Of a DNA stretch of 64,000 nucleotides, positions 51,852 to 63,980 are shown piece by piece (within the stretch, counting starts at the first letter, position 1; each line of letters opens with the position of its first letter). Location of the stretch: assembly GCF_006345805.1 (NCBI RefSeq), contig NC_043020.1, forward strand, positions 1 to 64,000. The letters are read 5' to 3'. This DNA comes from Octopus sinensis (Eukaryota). The notes under the pieces were generated by a model. That model saw only the letters and a program-made list of their open reading frames with translations, had not been told where the DNA came from and did not search any database. The position numbers and the translations under genes are program-made.

Positions 51852-52269
51852 GGAGGAATTTTGCTTTTAAAGCATAACTTTTTCTTACTAACCGGAATTT
51901 TCAGAAATTTATTTTTTAATTTTTCGAGTTTTTTTTTTTTTTTTAATCAGAGTTTAAAATATGAACAGTCCGAATTTTTGGCTTAAATCCCAGATGTAGA
52001 TCACTAAATGTATTATTTATGAGGAGAAAGATATTGAAAAAACATCACTACATCAGACTAACAAACAAACGAGTGGTGGTTGTATGATGTGCTAGAAATA
52101 GCAGCTAAATACTCCTTAAATCACGCAGCAAAAAAAATTTTTTTTTCTTTTTTCGCATAATCGTATGAATTCCCGTGTGTAGGACAAATTTGCAAAATTT
52201 TTTTTTTTAATTCCCAAGAAATAAAAAGCTATGAAGGGTTATATAGCGTGCTTAAAGAAGAATTCCGCC
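51852..52269. mobile_element. Degenerate MITE of the GGCGGAATTC-TIR family
   Basis: Right end GTATGAATTCCCGTGTGTAG..GCGTGCTTAAAGAAGAATTCCGCC matches the 45.6 kb and 27.7 kb ends. Confidence 0.55.
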
Positions 52270-52596
52270 GGGATCCGTACCCGTTAAAATATTAAAGGAA
52301 TGAATCTACTATGAAAAAAAAAAAGAAGTTTTCTTTCGTTTTAGTGAGAAATAATTAATTCTTGTTATTGTTGTGTGATTCCAGGTCACTCCTGACCGAT
52401 TTGACTTTTGGCCGGAAGTAATTCCAGTCGGGATGATCCTGTCTTTTACAATATACACTTTTTCTACTACAATTAATGGCTGTAAAACATCAAGGCGATT
52501 TGACTTCTATTTCTAGCAACTCGTGGGACTGCGTAGAGTTGTGACTTTTTAACACTTTAGTAGTTTTCGTGGTCTTGTGTGTGTGTGTATATATAT

Positions 52597-52635
<39 letters not shown>

Positions 52636-52640
<5 letters not shown>

Positions 52641-53015
52641 ATATAAACGGCAGTTTGTCTGTGTGTGTGTCTGTGTATCTGTTAGGTTGTACCCTCACCC
52701 TGACCACGGCTTTCAACCGATTCTGATGAAACTTGACACACACATAGCCAAATGTCATAATTCAAAACTAACGCAGCGAAAATTTTGAAAAGTTCCCCCA
52801 GTTCTGAAAAAAATCGATAAATTCGACATGGGGTCGAGAATCAGAAACCCAAACCACAGACCGTCTAGGGGACGCAACTCCACCTTTTTTAACTCTCAAA
52901 AAAAATTTACCATAATTTTTTTTCCATTTCTTTGCTATTTTTTGGCTATAACTCTCTAAAAATGCTTTATAGTTATTTCCCTTACAAACCTGAGCAACGC
53001 CGGGCGATACTGCTA

Positions 53016-53016
<1 letters not shown>
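52636..53016 (+). mobile_element. Non-autonomous Helitron with the same 3' end but a different internal segment
   Basis: TC..ATATAAA start, then GAGCAACGCCGGGCGATACTGCTAG|T. Confidence 0.85.
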
Positions 53017-53056
<40 letters not shown>

Positions 53057-53064
53057 TATGCCAA

Positions 53065-53107
<43 letters not shown>

Positions 53108-53112
53108 GTATA

Positions 53113-53338
53113 TGAGCTGGCAGAAACGTTATCACGCCGGGCGAAATGCTTAGCAGTATTTCGTCTGTCGCTACGTTCTGAGTTCAAATTCCGCCGAGGT
53201 CGACTTTGCCTTTGATCCTTTCGGGGTCAATTAAATAAGCACCAGTTACGCACTGGGGTCGATATAATCAACTTATCCCGTTTGTCGTCCTTGTTTGTAC
53301 CCTCTGTGTTCAGCCCCTTGTGGGGTAGTAAAGAAATA
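53113..53338 (+). mobile_element. SINE family A, full length
   Basis: GAGCTGGCAGAAACGTT...GTAGTAAAGAAATA. Confidence 0.9.
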
Positions 53339-53339
53339 C

Positions 53340-53384
<45 letters not shown>

Positions 53385-53832
53385 ATATTGTAGAGGGGAG
53401 GGCTACTGCACTTTTCACTGGCTGTGACTTCAAAGGAGATCGTCGCCCCAAAAAGCCCCTAATTGGTGGCTCCACCCAGACGTTTATCTGCCGGCAAGAA
53501 ATTGGGAGGGAGAGGGTGAGATGTGTGACGACTGCATGCTAGGATAGCATGCGGTAGGGGGTGTGTGCTCGCTGCTGGTGTTGTTATTTTTAAGTCTGGA
53601 GACGTGGCCCCGATCATCGAGCAGATAAACAGACCATTAAGTGTTCTTGGCCATAACTATCTAGGACTACGCTATCTCATGTGCCCTTTCTTCCTTTTTG
53701 TTTTTCTTAAGCCAGTTTAATGGTGATTTAAGACGGGAGTTCTGAGATTATTTTGTCGCAGTACGTTTATATAATTTTTTTTTCCAAATATCGAGGGATC
53801 CATTCCTTATATTTTACGGAGTTCCCCTTCTC

Positions 53833-53927
53833 GGCGGAGGTAAAGAATACGCACACCACCCGTTTTCGGCGTAACCGTAACCCTAAACGCCGAAAACGGG
53901 TGGTGTGCGGATTATTTACCTTCGCCC
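53833..53927. other. ~95-nt palindrome with perfect 23-bp core arms and a telomere-like loop
   Basis: CGCACACCACCCGTTTTCGGCGT-aaccgtaaccctaa-ACGCCGAAAACGGGTGGTGTGCG. Confidence 0.9.
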
Positions 53928-54299
53928 CCTTCTCAAAATTGTTTAGAGAGGAAACAGTAACAGAGCTTTGAAATGGCTGTCCCACATAGATTCCTTTTTT
54001 TTATTTTTATTTTTTAAGGCTTCCCTATATTGTTTTGAAATATGTAAATACAAAAAATTGAAAAAAATTCCGACTAAAGCGCAGAAATTTCAACTTATGC
54101 GGGACAGCTATTCCGAAAGTCTGCTTCGTATTTTAATAAAATATATATATTTTTTTTTTGCAAGACCTCACTCCCCCACTCCTTCCTTCATCCTTATGTT
54201 GCGAAACCCCAGGAAATTTTTACAAGAGCCTGGGATCCCTTGAAATCACCGTTGAGATTGTGTTACTGTTTCTATCAGTAGCTTCTGTAGTTCTTCACG

Positions 54300-54480
54300 T
54301 GTTGTAAAGTTATTTTTGAAACCGGAAGTAACCTGTATGAACTTTTAAGCAGACGAATATCGTCTTTTGTTAAAGTTGTCATTCAGCTTTTTGTTACATA
54401 ATATAAGAGGGTGCTTGGCAGAAAGTATATTTTTCAATTAGAAAAACGGCTTGGCGTAACCTTCATATTTTGTGTAAGTT
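54300..54480 (+). promoter_or_regulatory. Candidate housekeeping-type promoter / first exon
   Basis: ETS-type CCGGAAGT at about 54323 and a GTAAGT donor at 54474, in unique sequence just upstream of the CpG-depleted domain. Inference only. Confidence 0.25.
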
Positions 54481-54647
54481 CCGGTGGGGGTGAGACAATT
54501 TTTGACGAAGTTCTCGTAAATATTTGTTTGCCTCAGGTCAGTTTCACGACATCTCAACCGTAATGTAGTATAACTGTCGTTAAGCCAGATGACAATACCA
54601 GACCACAATATCCACTAGGTATTAATTATTATTTTATTTATTTATTA

Positions 54648-55049
54648 CTAGCAGTATCGCCCGGCGTTGCTCGGGTTTGTAAGGGAAATAACTATATAAG
54701 CATTTTTAGAGAGTTATAGCCAAAAAATAGCAAAAAAAAATGCATTAAAAATGGAAAAAAAAAATGATGGTAAATTTTTTTTTAAATCGTTGACTCATCG
54801 TAGACATTTTTAGAGAGTTACTTCCCTTATATAATAGCGAAAAAATGCATTAAAATGGAAAAAAATTATGTTAAATTTTTTTTTAAATCGTAGACTCATT
54901 GTAGACGTGCGCTAATACCCAGAAGGGCTCGATATGAATCACGACTATAAGATACCCGCTTTTGGTTACACTGCACCGCAAAATGTGGGAGTAGTTAGGA
55001 ATCTAAATCGTAGGAGACAGACACACAACCTCGCTTTTATATATAAAGA
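54648..55049 (-). mobile_element. Non-autonomous Helitron, complete, with internal duplication
   Basis: Same termini as 47650-48042. Confidence 0.88.
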
Positions 55050-55411
55050 TTATTATTTTTTGTGTGTACTTACTCTTAAGAGGACAAAACAACTTGGGCA
55101 TAGCTACAGTTTTGGTGACCTCCTCATCTCACCGGTTCTGTTTACTCACAGCTTATTTTTTTTTTTTGTTACGAAGTTTGCAGGTACGCTTTCGTGCGTG
55201 GTCCAGAAGGCTACCTGAAAATAAAATAGGTAAAAGTTGTTTTATTAATCTTATCAAAACAACATCGTAAACGTGTCTGTACAAAATCTTTATTCTAAAA
55301 TGTGACTTGAAGGAGAGTCATAAAAAAAAACTAAGTAGGTGAGCACCAAACTGTAATTATATATATATAAAACCATATTATATATATAACTATATTATAT
55401 ATATATGTATT

Positions 55412-56315
55412 ATCATCATCATCATCATCATCGTTTAACGTCCGCTTTCCGCGCTAGCACGGGTTGGACGGTTCGACCGGGTCTGGGAAGCCAGGGGCCG
55501 CTCCAGGCTCCAGTCTGAATCTGGCAGAGTTTCTACGGCTGGATGCCCTTCCTAACGCCAACCACTCCGTGAGTGGATTGGGTGCTTTTTACGTGCCACC
55601 TGCACAGGGGCCGGAGGGTCCGGCATCGTCACGATCGGTTCGAGCATTTTAACGTGTCAGCGGCACGGGGGCAACGAGGTCCGGGGTACTTTGGGGATCG
55701 GGGTACTTTGGGGATCCAGGGTACTTTGGGGATCCGGGGTACTTAGAATGGGTAGGGGGTATGTGGAATTGCTGCAGAAAGCAGCCCGGGTCTTTGTAGT
55801 CACAGCATATCTCCAGAGATCTCGGTCCTTCGCCATTGCCTCAGTGAGGCCCAATGCTCTGAGGTCATGCTTGACCACCTCATCCCATGTCTTCCTGGGT
55901 CTACCTCTCCCCCTGATACCTTCAACTGTTTGGGAGTGGCACTTCTTCACACATCTCTCTTCATCCATCCGCAGCACATGACCATACCATCGCAAGCGTC
56001 GCTCTTGCACACCACATCTGATGCTTCTTATATCCAGCATTTCTCTCAGGATACTTACACTCTGTTTTGCGTGCACACTGACACTACACATCCAGCGGAT
56101 CATGCTAGCTTCATTTCTTTCAAGTCTACGCATGTCTTCTGCAGTCACAGCCCATGTTTCATTACCGTGAAGCATGGCAGTTCGCACACATGCATCATAC
56201 AATCTACCTTTTGCTCTGAGGGAGAGACCTTTTGTTGCCAGTAGGGGTAGGAGCTTTCTGAACTTTGCCCAGGCTATTCGTATTCTAGTGGTGATACTCT
56301 CTGTGCATCCACCTC
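55412..56315 (-). mobile_element. 5'-truncated RTE LINE (RT C-terminal region, 3'UTR, (GAT)n tail)
   Basis: RIRIAWAKFRKLLPLL..LYDACVRTAMLHG.ETW..RRLRWYGHVLRM..GRGRPRKTW..DRDLWR. Confidence 0.95.
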
Positions 56316-56555
56316 ATATACTATATATATGTATTATATATACTATATATATATATGTATTATATATACTATATATATATATGTATTATATATACTATAT
56401 ATATATATGTATTATATATACTATATATATATATGTATTATATATACTATATATATATATGTATTTATATACTATATATATATGTATCATATATACTATA
56501 TATATATTTATTATATATATGTATATATATATTTATTATATATATGCATATATAT

Positions 56556-56880
56556 ACCGTGTCGGTGGCACGTAAAAAGCACCATCCGAATCGTGGCCGA
56601 AGCCAGTGCCACCTCGACTGGCTTCCGTGCAGGTGGCACGTAAAATGCACCAATCCGACCGTGGCTGATGCCAGCCTCGCCTGGCACCAGTGCAGGTGGC
56701 ACGTAAAAAGCACCCACTACACTCATGGAGTCGTTGGTGTTAGGAAGGGCATCCAGCTGTAGAAACATTGCCAGATAAGACCGGAGCCTGGTGCAGCCTT
56801 CTGGCTTCCCAGATCCCCGGTCGAACCGTCCAACCCATGCTAGCATGAAGAACGGACGTTAAACGATGATGATGATGATA
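56556..56880 (+). mobile_element. RTE 3'-UTR fragment with internal GGTGGCACGTAAAA subrepeats
   Basis: GGAAGGGCATCCAGCTGTAGAAAC..CCAACCCATGCTAGCATG..GTTAAACGATGATG. Confidence 0.85.
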
Positions 56881-56921
56881 TATATATATATATCTATTAT
56901 ACTATATATATATATATATAT

Positions 56922-57510
56922 CATCATCGTTTAACGTCTGCTTTCCATGCTAGCATGGGTTGGACGAATGACTGAGGGCTGACGAACCAGATGGCTGCAC
57001 CAGGCTTCAATCTTGATCTGGCAGAGTTTTTACAGCTGGATTCCTTCCTAACGCCAACCACTCCGAAAGTGTAGTGGGTGCTTTTACGTGCCACCGGCAC
57101 GGGGCCAGTCAGGCGGTACTGGCTACGAAATCGCTCGAATCTTTTACACATGCCACCGGCACAGGTGCCAGTAAGGCGATGCTGGTAACGATCACGCTCA
57201 AATGGTGTTTTTTACGTGCCACCAGCATGGAGGCCAGATAGCCGTTCTGGCAACAATCATGCTCAGATGGTGCTCTTAATGCCCTACTAGCATGGGGCTC
57301 GAGTGCCAGTAAGGCGAACCTCGTAACAATCACACTCGAATGGTGCCTTTTAAGTGCCACTGGCACTGAAGCCGGTTTGCCGCTCTGTCAGTGATCACAC
57401 TCCTGCTCTTCGCACGTTGCTAGCACGGACGCCAGTCATCGAATCTGATTTAGATTTTGATTTCACTTGCCTCAACAGGTCTTCGCAAGCAAAGTTTTAG
57501 TGTCCAAAGA
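56922..57510 (-). mobile_element. RTE 3'-UTR fragment (long, subrepeated); another copy at about 58377-58880
   Basis: Same tail as the 55.4 kb LINE. The two copies are collinear. Confidence 0.85.
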
Positions 57511-57751
57511 AGGAAAAGGTACGCATAAGTGGGCTGGTTACACCCCTGGCATAGGCCACGAGATTATGGTCTCTCCCCCCCCCAAAAAAAATTGTAAATT
57601 AGCAAACAGGATTACTACTATGTAGACTATACAAAAACATAAGTTATATATCCTTTCTTTGACCAACACTTGTAAAAGCACAGATTGTGAAAGAGTTCCA
57701 GAAATAGACTCTTGCATTCCAAATAACATAGTTATTTGTACTTTTGATTAA

Positions 57752-57950
57752 TCCTTAAACAATCATATTACTCTGTCAACGTTAACATACATATATCACA
57801 TTGTTCTGAATTGATCCTGTTGCATTGTCTTGTAGCTTTGAGATTTCAATGACGTGATTGTTTATGTGCTGAATGACATTGTCAAGGAGATTTAACGTAA
57901 AACGAGTAGAATATTCTGGGTCAGATATGGTCATTTTGAATGCTAAAGGG
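57752..57950. mobile_element. piggyBac-like MITE
   Basis: TTAA flanks and GAATGCTAAAGGG|TTAA end. A related decayed copy lies at about 58885-59075. Confidence 0.65.
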
Positions 57951-57970
57951 TTAACATTCTTTCTGCTATC

Positions 57971-58338
57971 CACCTTTATTCTCTTGAAAAACGCCGCCGC
58001 CGTGGTGATCTCATTCTCGCCCACAACATCATAAGCGGGAAGTGTAACCTCTCGAAAGAGCTGTTCTTCACTCCTGCTCCGGAGCGTTGGCTGCGGGGTC
58101 ATTCCGAAAAGCTCTACCTGCGACGATTTCATCTCAATCGAAGGAGAGGAGCTTTCTCTGTCCGGGTTGCGGATCCGTGGAACAAGCTGCCAGACGAGAT
58201 GGTGAAGATGCCGACGACCGCTTTGTTCAAAGCCTCCCTGGACCTCAAGTGGCCTGAACTCTTTACATGAACACCACCCTGTACTTAACTCCATGTCCCC
58301 CTACATGGCCTTGCTATTTGCTTTTGAGCCAAATTAAC
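57971..58338 (+). mobile_element. 5'-truncated CR1-clade LINE (ORF2 C-terminus, (TAAC)n tail)
   Basis: Uninterrupted LYSLEKRRRRGDLILAHNII..LRGHSEKL..FSVRVADPWNKLP..FKASLD*. Confidence 0.93.
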
Positions 58339-59254
58339 TAACTAACTAACTAACTAACTTTACTAGAAAATAAATGAATCATCATCATAATTATTTAACG
58401 TCCGCTTTCCATGCTAGCATGGGTTGGACGGTTTGACTGAGGGCTGGGAAACCAGATGGCTGCAACAGGTTCCAGTCTTGATCAGGCAGTTTCTACAGCT
58501 GGATGCCCTTCCTAATGCAAACCACTCCGAGAGTGTAGTGGGTGCTTTTACGTGCCGCCGGCATGGAGGCCAGTCAGGCGGTACTGGCAGCGACCTTGCT
58601 TGAATCTTTTTACACATGCCAACAGCACAGGTGCCAGTAAGGCGATGCTGGTAACGATCCCGCTCGAATGGTGCCTCTTACATGCCACCGGCACGGAAGC
58701 CAGTTAGCCACTCTGGCAACGATCGCACTCGGATGGTGCTCTTAGCACCCTACTAGCATGGGGCACAAGTGCCAGTAAGGCGAAACTGGTATTGATCACA
58801 CTCGATTGGTGCCTTTTATGTGCCACTGGCACGGAAGCCGGTTAGCCGCTCTGTCAACGATCACGCTCATATGGTAACAAAAAATTTATCATTCAAAACT
58901 GGCTATATCCAATCTTAATATTCCACCCGTTTAATGTTGAAACTGGTCAGATCCAACTTCTTGCACCTACCCTACAATGTCATTTAAAAAATAAGCAAAC
59001 CATCAATATCTCAAATTTATGAGATAATGTAGGATGAATTCAAATCATTGTGACAGTAATCTAAGTGCTAAAAGTTAAACTACTTAAAGACAGCATATAA
59101 GGTTGGTGAACTGTCTCAGAGGTTGCTAATTCTGTGTAGTAGCCATCATGTTGTACATAATTTTGCCCTTAATGTGCAAGTTACCCTCTTATTATAAACC
59201 ATTACATGTTTGTTGTTGTTTTTTTTTAGTTTTTTTGTCAATATTTGAGGCATA

Positions 59255-59771
59255 TAAGGTCTGTCGAAAGAGTATTGGGGCTAATGCAATAAAAACAAAA
59301 CTACAGCACCTATCAATTCAGCATTTAGTTTCCTTCAGAGTCATCCTCTTCTGAAGCCATGCACTTTATCCAGCATTGTTTTCCATTGATGGAAGCATTT
59401 CTGGAACTCCTTTCTTGGGATAGCGAGTAGTTACCTCGTCACATTCTCATGGATTTCTTTGATGTCTTGAAATTTTGTTCCTTTTTTGGAAAGATTCTTG
59501 GCCATAAAAATTCTCCAGCTGTGTCTCTTTCCACACACTTCTGCTGTTGCCATGGTCACTTATGGAAACTCTGAGGTGTGGCATGCTGACCACACTCTAC
59601 ACATTTTACTTTCAAGCTCTGCTATAAGCAGAGGAATTGAGCAAGAACCTTATAACTTAGTGTGCGTGTATGACAGAGTTCAAACTCAATCAGTGCAAAG
59701 TGTCATCTCTCTCTGCATACTTTAGCTGAGTTACCATAGCAACGGTCCTGATCATTTTTGATCAGACCTTG
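59255..59771 (-). mobile_element. Internally deleted mariner element
   Basis: TA-flanked AGGTCTG TIRs. Minus strand GTKFQDIKEIHENVTR*LLAIPRKEFQKCFHQW (mariner C-terminus). Confidence 0.85.
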
Positions 59772-60648
59772 TATATACTGTATGTTGTTACTGATCTAGA
59801 TTCAATTTACGATAGAATTTTTTAAAAAATTTCATTTGTACCTTATGTCCTTCAGAAATTCGCAGGTAGATATTTCTTACAATTTATCTTTTCGAAAAAA
59901 AAAAAAAAAAAAAGGAAAAGAAAAAACCCAGTTTGATGCTACTGTACCAAATTGTTATCGTTATTTTGTAAGATGTTCCTAAGGAAAAATAAAAAGAAAA
60001 ACGAAAAGAAAAAGATACAAAATTCTCACCTCTGTCTTTTATACACTCAAGTCTTGTTCTTGTATAAGAAATGATTAAAACAGCAGAAATGCTGCAGAGT
60101 TTAGGAATTGGTGCTTTATGCTATCTCCTTTGGTTTCACTACACAGCAATTAGGAACTCTTCAGTTCTAGCTTTGATCTGAAGACCTCTAGGCCATTGTT
60201 CAATTCTTATTGATCTGCATCTCCACTATACATTCTTGCTGGCCATTGATCTTGTTGGCATGTTGTTTTTTGATATCTTTTCAGCGTGTTAGCAGTGTGG
60301 AACATCTATTAATCTTTTTCGCCCCCAAATTTATTTTTACAGTCAACGCAAACATTCACCTTTTACCTTTTATTTGTTTCCAGTCATTGGACTGCAGCCT
60401 TGCTGAGACACCGCCTTGAATGGGTTTAGGTCAAACAGATCAACCCCAGTACTTAATTTCAAGTCTGGCCTATATTCTGTCGGTCCCTTTTTGCCAAACA
60501 ACTAATTTATGGGTGTTGTAAATAAACCAATACTGAATGTCAAGTGGTGGCGGAGGACAAACACAAAGATATATATATGCATGTGTTTGTGTGTGTATAT
60601 ATGTGTATATGTGTGATATATACATATATATACATACATACATACATA

Positions 60649-61186
60649 CAGGGTTATTCAAAAAGAATGAACTGATTTCATTACACAATATTTTAATAAG
60701 GAAAACCAATAGAAAACTCCAGCTAAGTCACAAGTATTTACTCACAATCAACTTTTATTTCCTGTCTTACAAGTGTTCAATATGGCCACCACCTGCAGCA
60801 TGGGCAACATCAATACGATAAGAGAATTCCTTCCAGATGCATATCATCACATCACGATCCACTAAGTTGATCGCTGTTGTTATCCAATGTTTAAAGTCTT
60901 TGAGGTTAGTGGGTAGCAGTGGAACATAAATGCAATCTTTTACATATCCCCACAAGAAAAAAATCACACATGGTGGATTGTGATATGCTGATACGTGTCT
61001 GGGAGGAATTCTCTTATCGTGTTGATGTTGCCCGTGTTGCAGGTGGTGGCCACATTTAACACTTGTAAGACAGGAAATAAAGGTTGATTGTGAGTAAATA
61101 CTTGTGACTTAGCTGGAGTTTTCTAATGCTTTTCCTTATTAAAATATTGTGTAATGAAATCGGTTCATTCTTTTTGAATAACCCTG
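60649..61186. mobile_element. Tc1/mariner-superfamily non-autonomous element with ~215-bp inverted arms
   Basis: TA|CAGGGTTATTCAAAAAGAATGAAC ends. Minus strand DFFLWGYVKD..WKEFSYRIDV..GGGHIEHL. Confidence 0.92.
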
Positions 61187-61702
61187 TATATCTATATATG
61201 TGATACTGGAGCTCAACACAGCCCTGTAGCCCACCAGATTCTGTCAGACTGTGTTACTCATGCCACCATGGAAAATGGATGTTAAATGATGTTGATTATA
61301 CACTCATGCATGCATACATACACATACAAGCTTCCACACAGTTTCCATTTACCAAATTCTCTTACAAGGTATTGATCAGCCTGTGGCTATAGTAGAAGAT
61401 GCTTGAGGGGCCACAAAGTGGGACTGAACCTGAAACCATCTGGGTACTTCTTTTCAACATTTTACATTTTTCATGGCTACAGGCCTGGCTGTATAAGTTG
61501 TGGTTTTGGGATTGATAGCACTCTGTAGTATCTTGGGCAAGTGCATTTTTTTAGCTGTAAGTTGACCAATGCATTGTGAATGAAACTTGATTAACAGAAA
61601 CTGAATGGATGTTTGCCATGTTGTGTACATGTCTCCATGTCTTCAGACTTGTATCCCTTGGGCAGTAGTTATGTTATGTCCCATGTAAATAAGAGTTTGT
61701 GG

Positions 61703-61978
61703 AGGCACAATGGTCCAGTGGTTAAGGCAGCAGACTCACAGTCAGAGGATTGTAGTTTTGATAGTGTGTGTTTATTGAGTGAAAACACCTAAAGCTTCAC
61801 AAGGCTCTGGCAGGGGGTGGTGGTGACCCCTGTTGTGCTCTTTCACCCCAACTTTCTCTCACTCTTTCTTCCTGTATCTTGAGTAATGCTGTGATGGACT
61901 GGCATCCCGTCCAGCTGGGGAGAACACATAAGCCATAGAAACTGGGCCCATGAGCCTGGCTAGGCTTGAAAAGGGCCC
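61703..61978 (+). mobile_element. SINE family C copy with nearly all CpGs decayed
   Basis: GCAGCAGACTCACAGTCAGAGGATTGTAGTTTTGAT versus GCAGCGGACTCGCGGTCGGAGTATCGCGGTTTCGAT at 17.9 kb. Confidence 0.9.
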
Positions 61979-63586
61979 ATAAATAAAAATAAGAGTTTAG
62001 CAGTTTGATATGAGAAGATATGGAATGAAGAGTATCTGGCCATAGCATATTGCTTAAGGAAGTCTTATTCAGCCTGTAAAAATAAGTTCCCTGGACATCA
62101 GTCTTAAGTCCTTGGACTCCTGGTTTGTTATCCAGCTTCCACAGTGTTATAAGTGACCGAGATCAGAACATTTCCTCTGAATGGGACACTAGTCCCATTT
62201 ACAACGGAGTGCACTTAAGCAATGTGAAAGGACATGTTTTGTTTAAGAACATGATACACCACCTGATTCAGGAATTGAAACTGCTATCATGCAATCGTAA
62301 GTGCAACATCTTAACCACTTGGCAACATGCCTTCACTCAACCAAGCTATGCCAGCCTGGAAACAGCAAGCAGCTACAATGATGTTGTTGACCTTAGAGTA
62401 GTAGATTGGTAAAAAAAAAGAAATCATTTAGGGATATTTCATTGGAAAAAAAACATGGGGATATTTCATTGCAGCATTGTTGCTCCTTTTGTTCTGAGTG
62501 TAAGTCCTGCCAACCTCAACCTTACTTTTCATCCTTTGGTGGGAGCAGGTGTCAATAAAATACGTATCAGTCCAATACCGCGATTAACCTAATTACTTAA
62601 CCTCCCCTCTGCCCCCTAAATTAGTGACATTACACTTACATTACAAATCCATACATGTTTTTAACCTTGATAATGGGAAACCATTTTTGCTTTCCATTGC
62701 TTATTTTTTATTCTTTTTTTCCTCTCCATTCGTTGATGTGAGGCTATTTTTGTCATTCTAAATTAGTTGTAACAACTTTCTAATTGTAGACCTGCTCTAC
62801 TTCCGTGTGTTTGTATTAAATATAGTCTTTCGTTGTCTAATTTAGATCATGCACTGTAAAAACTGTCATAATAATTTCCTACTTGTTCTGTCGATTCTTA
62901 TTAATTCACATTAAACCTTCACACGAGTACATAATCGTTGCTACAAATGGACTGTTGATGAATATAGATTTTGACATTTAACTCTCTTGTAACTTCTAGT
63001 CTTGTATATTTATTCTTTCTCTGGTTTCACTCATTGGACTGCGGCCATTCTGGGGGCACTGTACAGTTTAATGTAATTGCTGTTGTGCCATTGTGTGTTT
63101 GTAAATTCTGTTCCTAAAGTGTGTGCAGCATTATCTTTCAGAGGTATTCTTATATTCTTTTACTTGTTTCAGTCATTTTGACTGTAACCATGCTGGAGCA
63201 CCGCCTTGCATTGTTTTAGTCGAACAAATCAACACAATATTAAAAGTGTGTTTATAATGCAGAAAAACCAAAAGGCAAAACAAAACAAAACAAATAAACC
63301 TGTCTTGAAAAACATTTGATCAACTCTACCTCCTGACCTGTCATTCGTAGGTTCAAATTTCACTAAATCATTGATCATAAATCATTTCTACCTTATATGA
63401 CAAAGCAAAATGGCTTTCGTCATGCAGCAATTGTTCGGTTATATTTATTGTAGTGTGATGTGCTGTGAACGTGAGGTCCTAATTCTGCTTTGCCTTGATG
63501 AATCTGGAAAGAAATTTCTTCTAGTGGTTGACTGGAAAGGTTTACAAAGATTGACATTAAGAATTGTTAGCATGTTACACAAAATA

Positions 63587-63980
63587 TAGGCGTAGGAGTG
63601 GCTGTGTGGTAAGTAGCTTGCTTACCAACTACATGGTTCCGGGTTCAGTCCCATTGCGTGGCACCTTGGGCAAGTGTCTTCTGCTATAGCTTCAGGCCGA
63701 CCAAAGCCTTGTGAGTGGATTTGGTAGATGGAAACTGAAAGAATCCTGTTGTATATATGTATGTGTGTGTATATCTTTGTGTGTCTGTGTTTGTCCCCCC
63801 AACATCGCTTGACAACCAATGCTGGTGTGTTTACATCCCCGTAGCTTAGCAGTTTGGCAAAAAAGACCAATAGAATAAGTACTAGGCTTACAAAGAATAA
63901 GTCTTGGGGTTGATTTGCTCGACTAAAGGTGGTGCTCCAGCATGGCCACAGTCAAATGACTGAAACAAATAAAAGAGTAA
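63587..63980 (+). mobile_element. SINE family B, complete, CpG-decayed
   Basis: Family B blocks with CG>TG/CA changes (TAGATGG, CCTGTTGT, AACCAAT, GGCCAC). Confidence 0.9.

Noticed and set aside
55150-55214. Minus-strand exon candidate (TTTTCAG acceptor, GTGAGT donor)
   Set aside because: It lies within a TA-flanked CAGTTT(T)GGTG inverted-repeat element (about 55106-55353), and I recognise no peptide in any frame.
57782-58294. 170-aa minus-strand ORF
   Set aside because: It is the antisense of the CR1 ORF2 end plus the adjacent piggyBac-like MITE.
62125-62412. 95-aa ORF with apparent acceptor and GTAAGT donor
   Set aside because: It aligns to the reverse strand of SINE family E (25600-25712) with CpG decay, so it is not an exon.
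63400-63590. ~59-codon open frame (MAFVMQQLFG..DESGKKFLLVVDWKG)
   Set aside because: Weak splice sites and no recognisable homology, so insufficient support.
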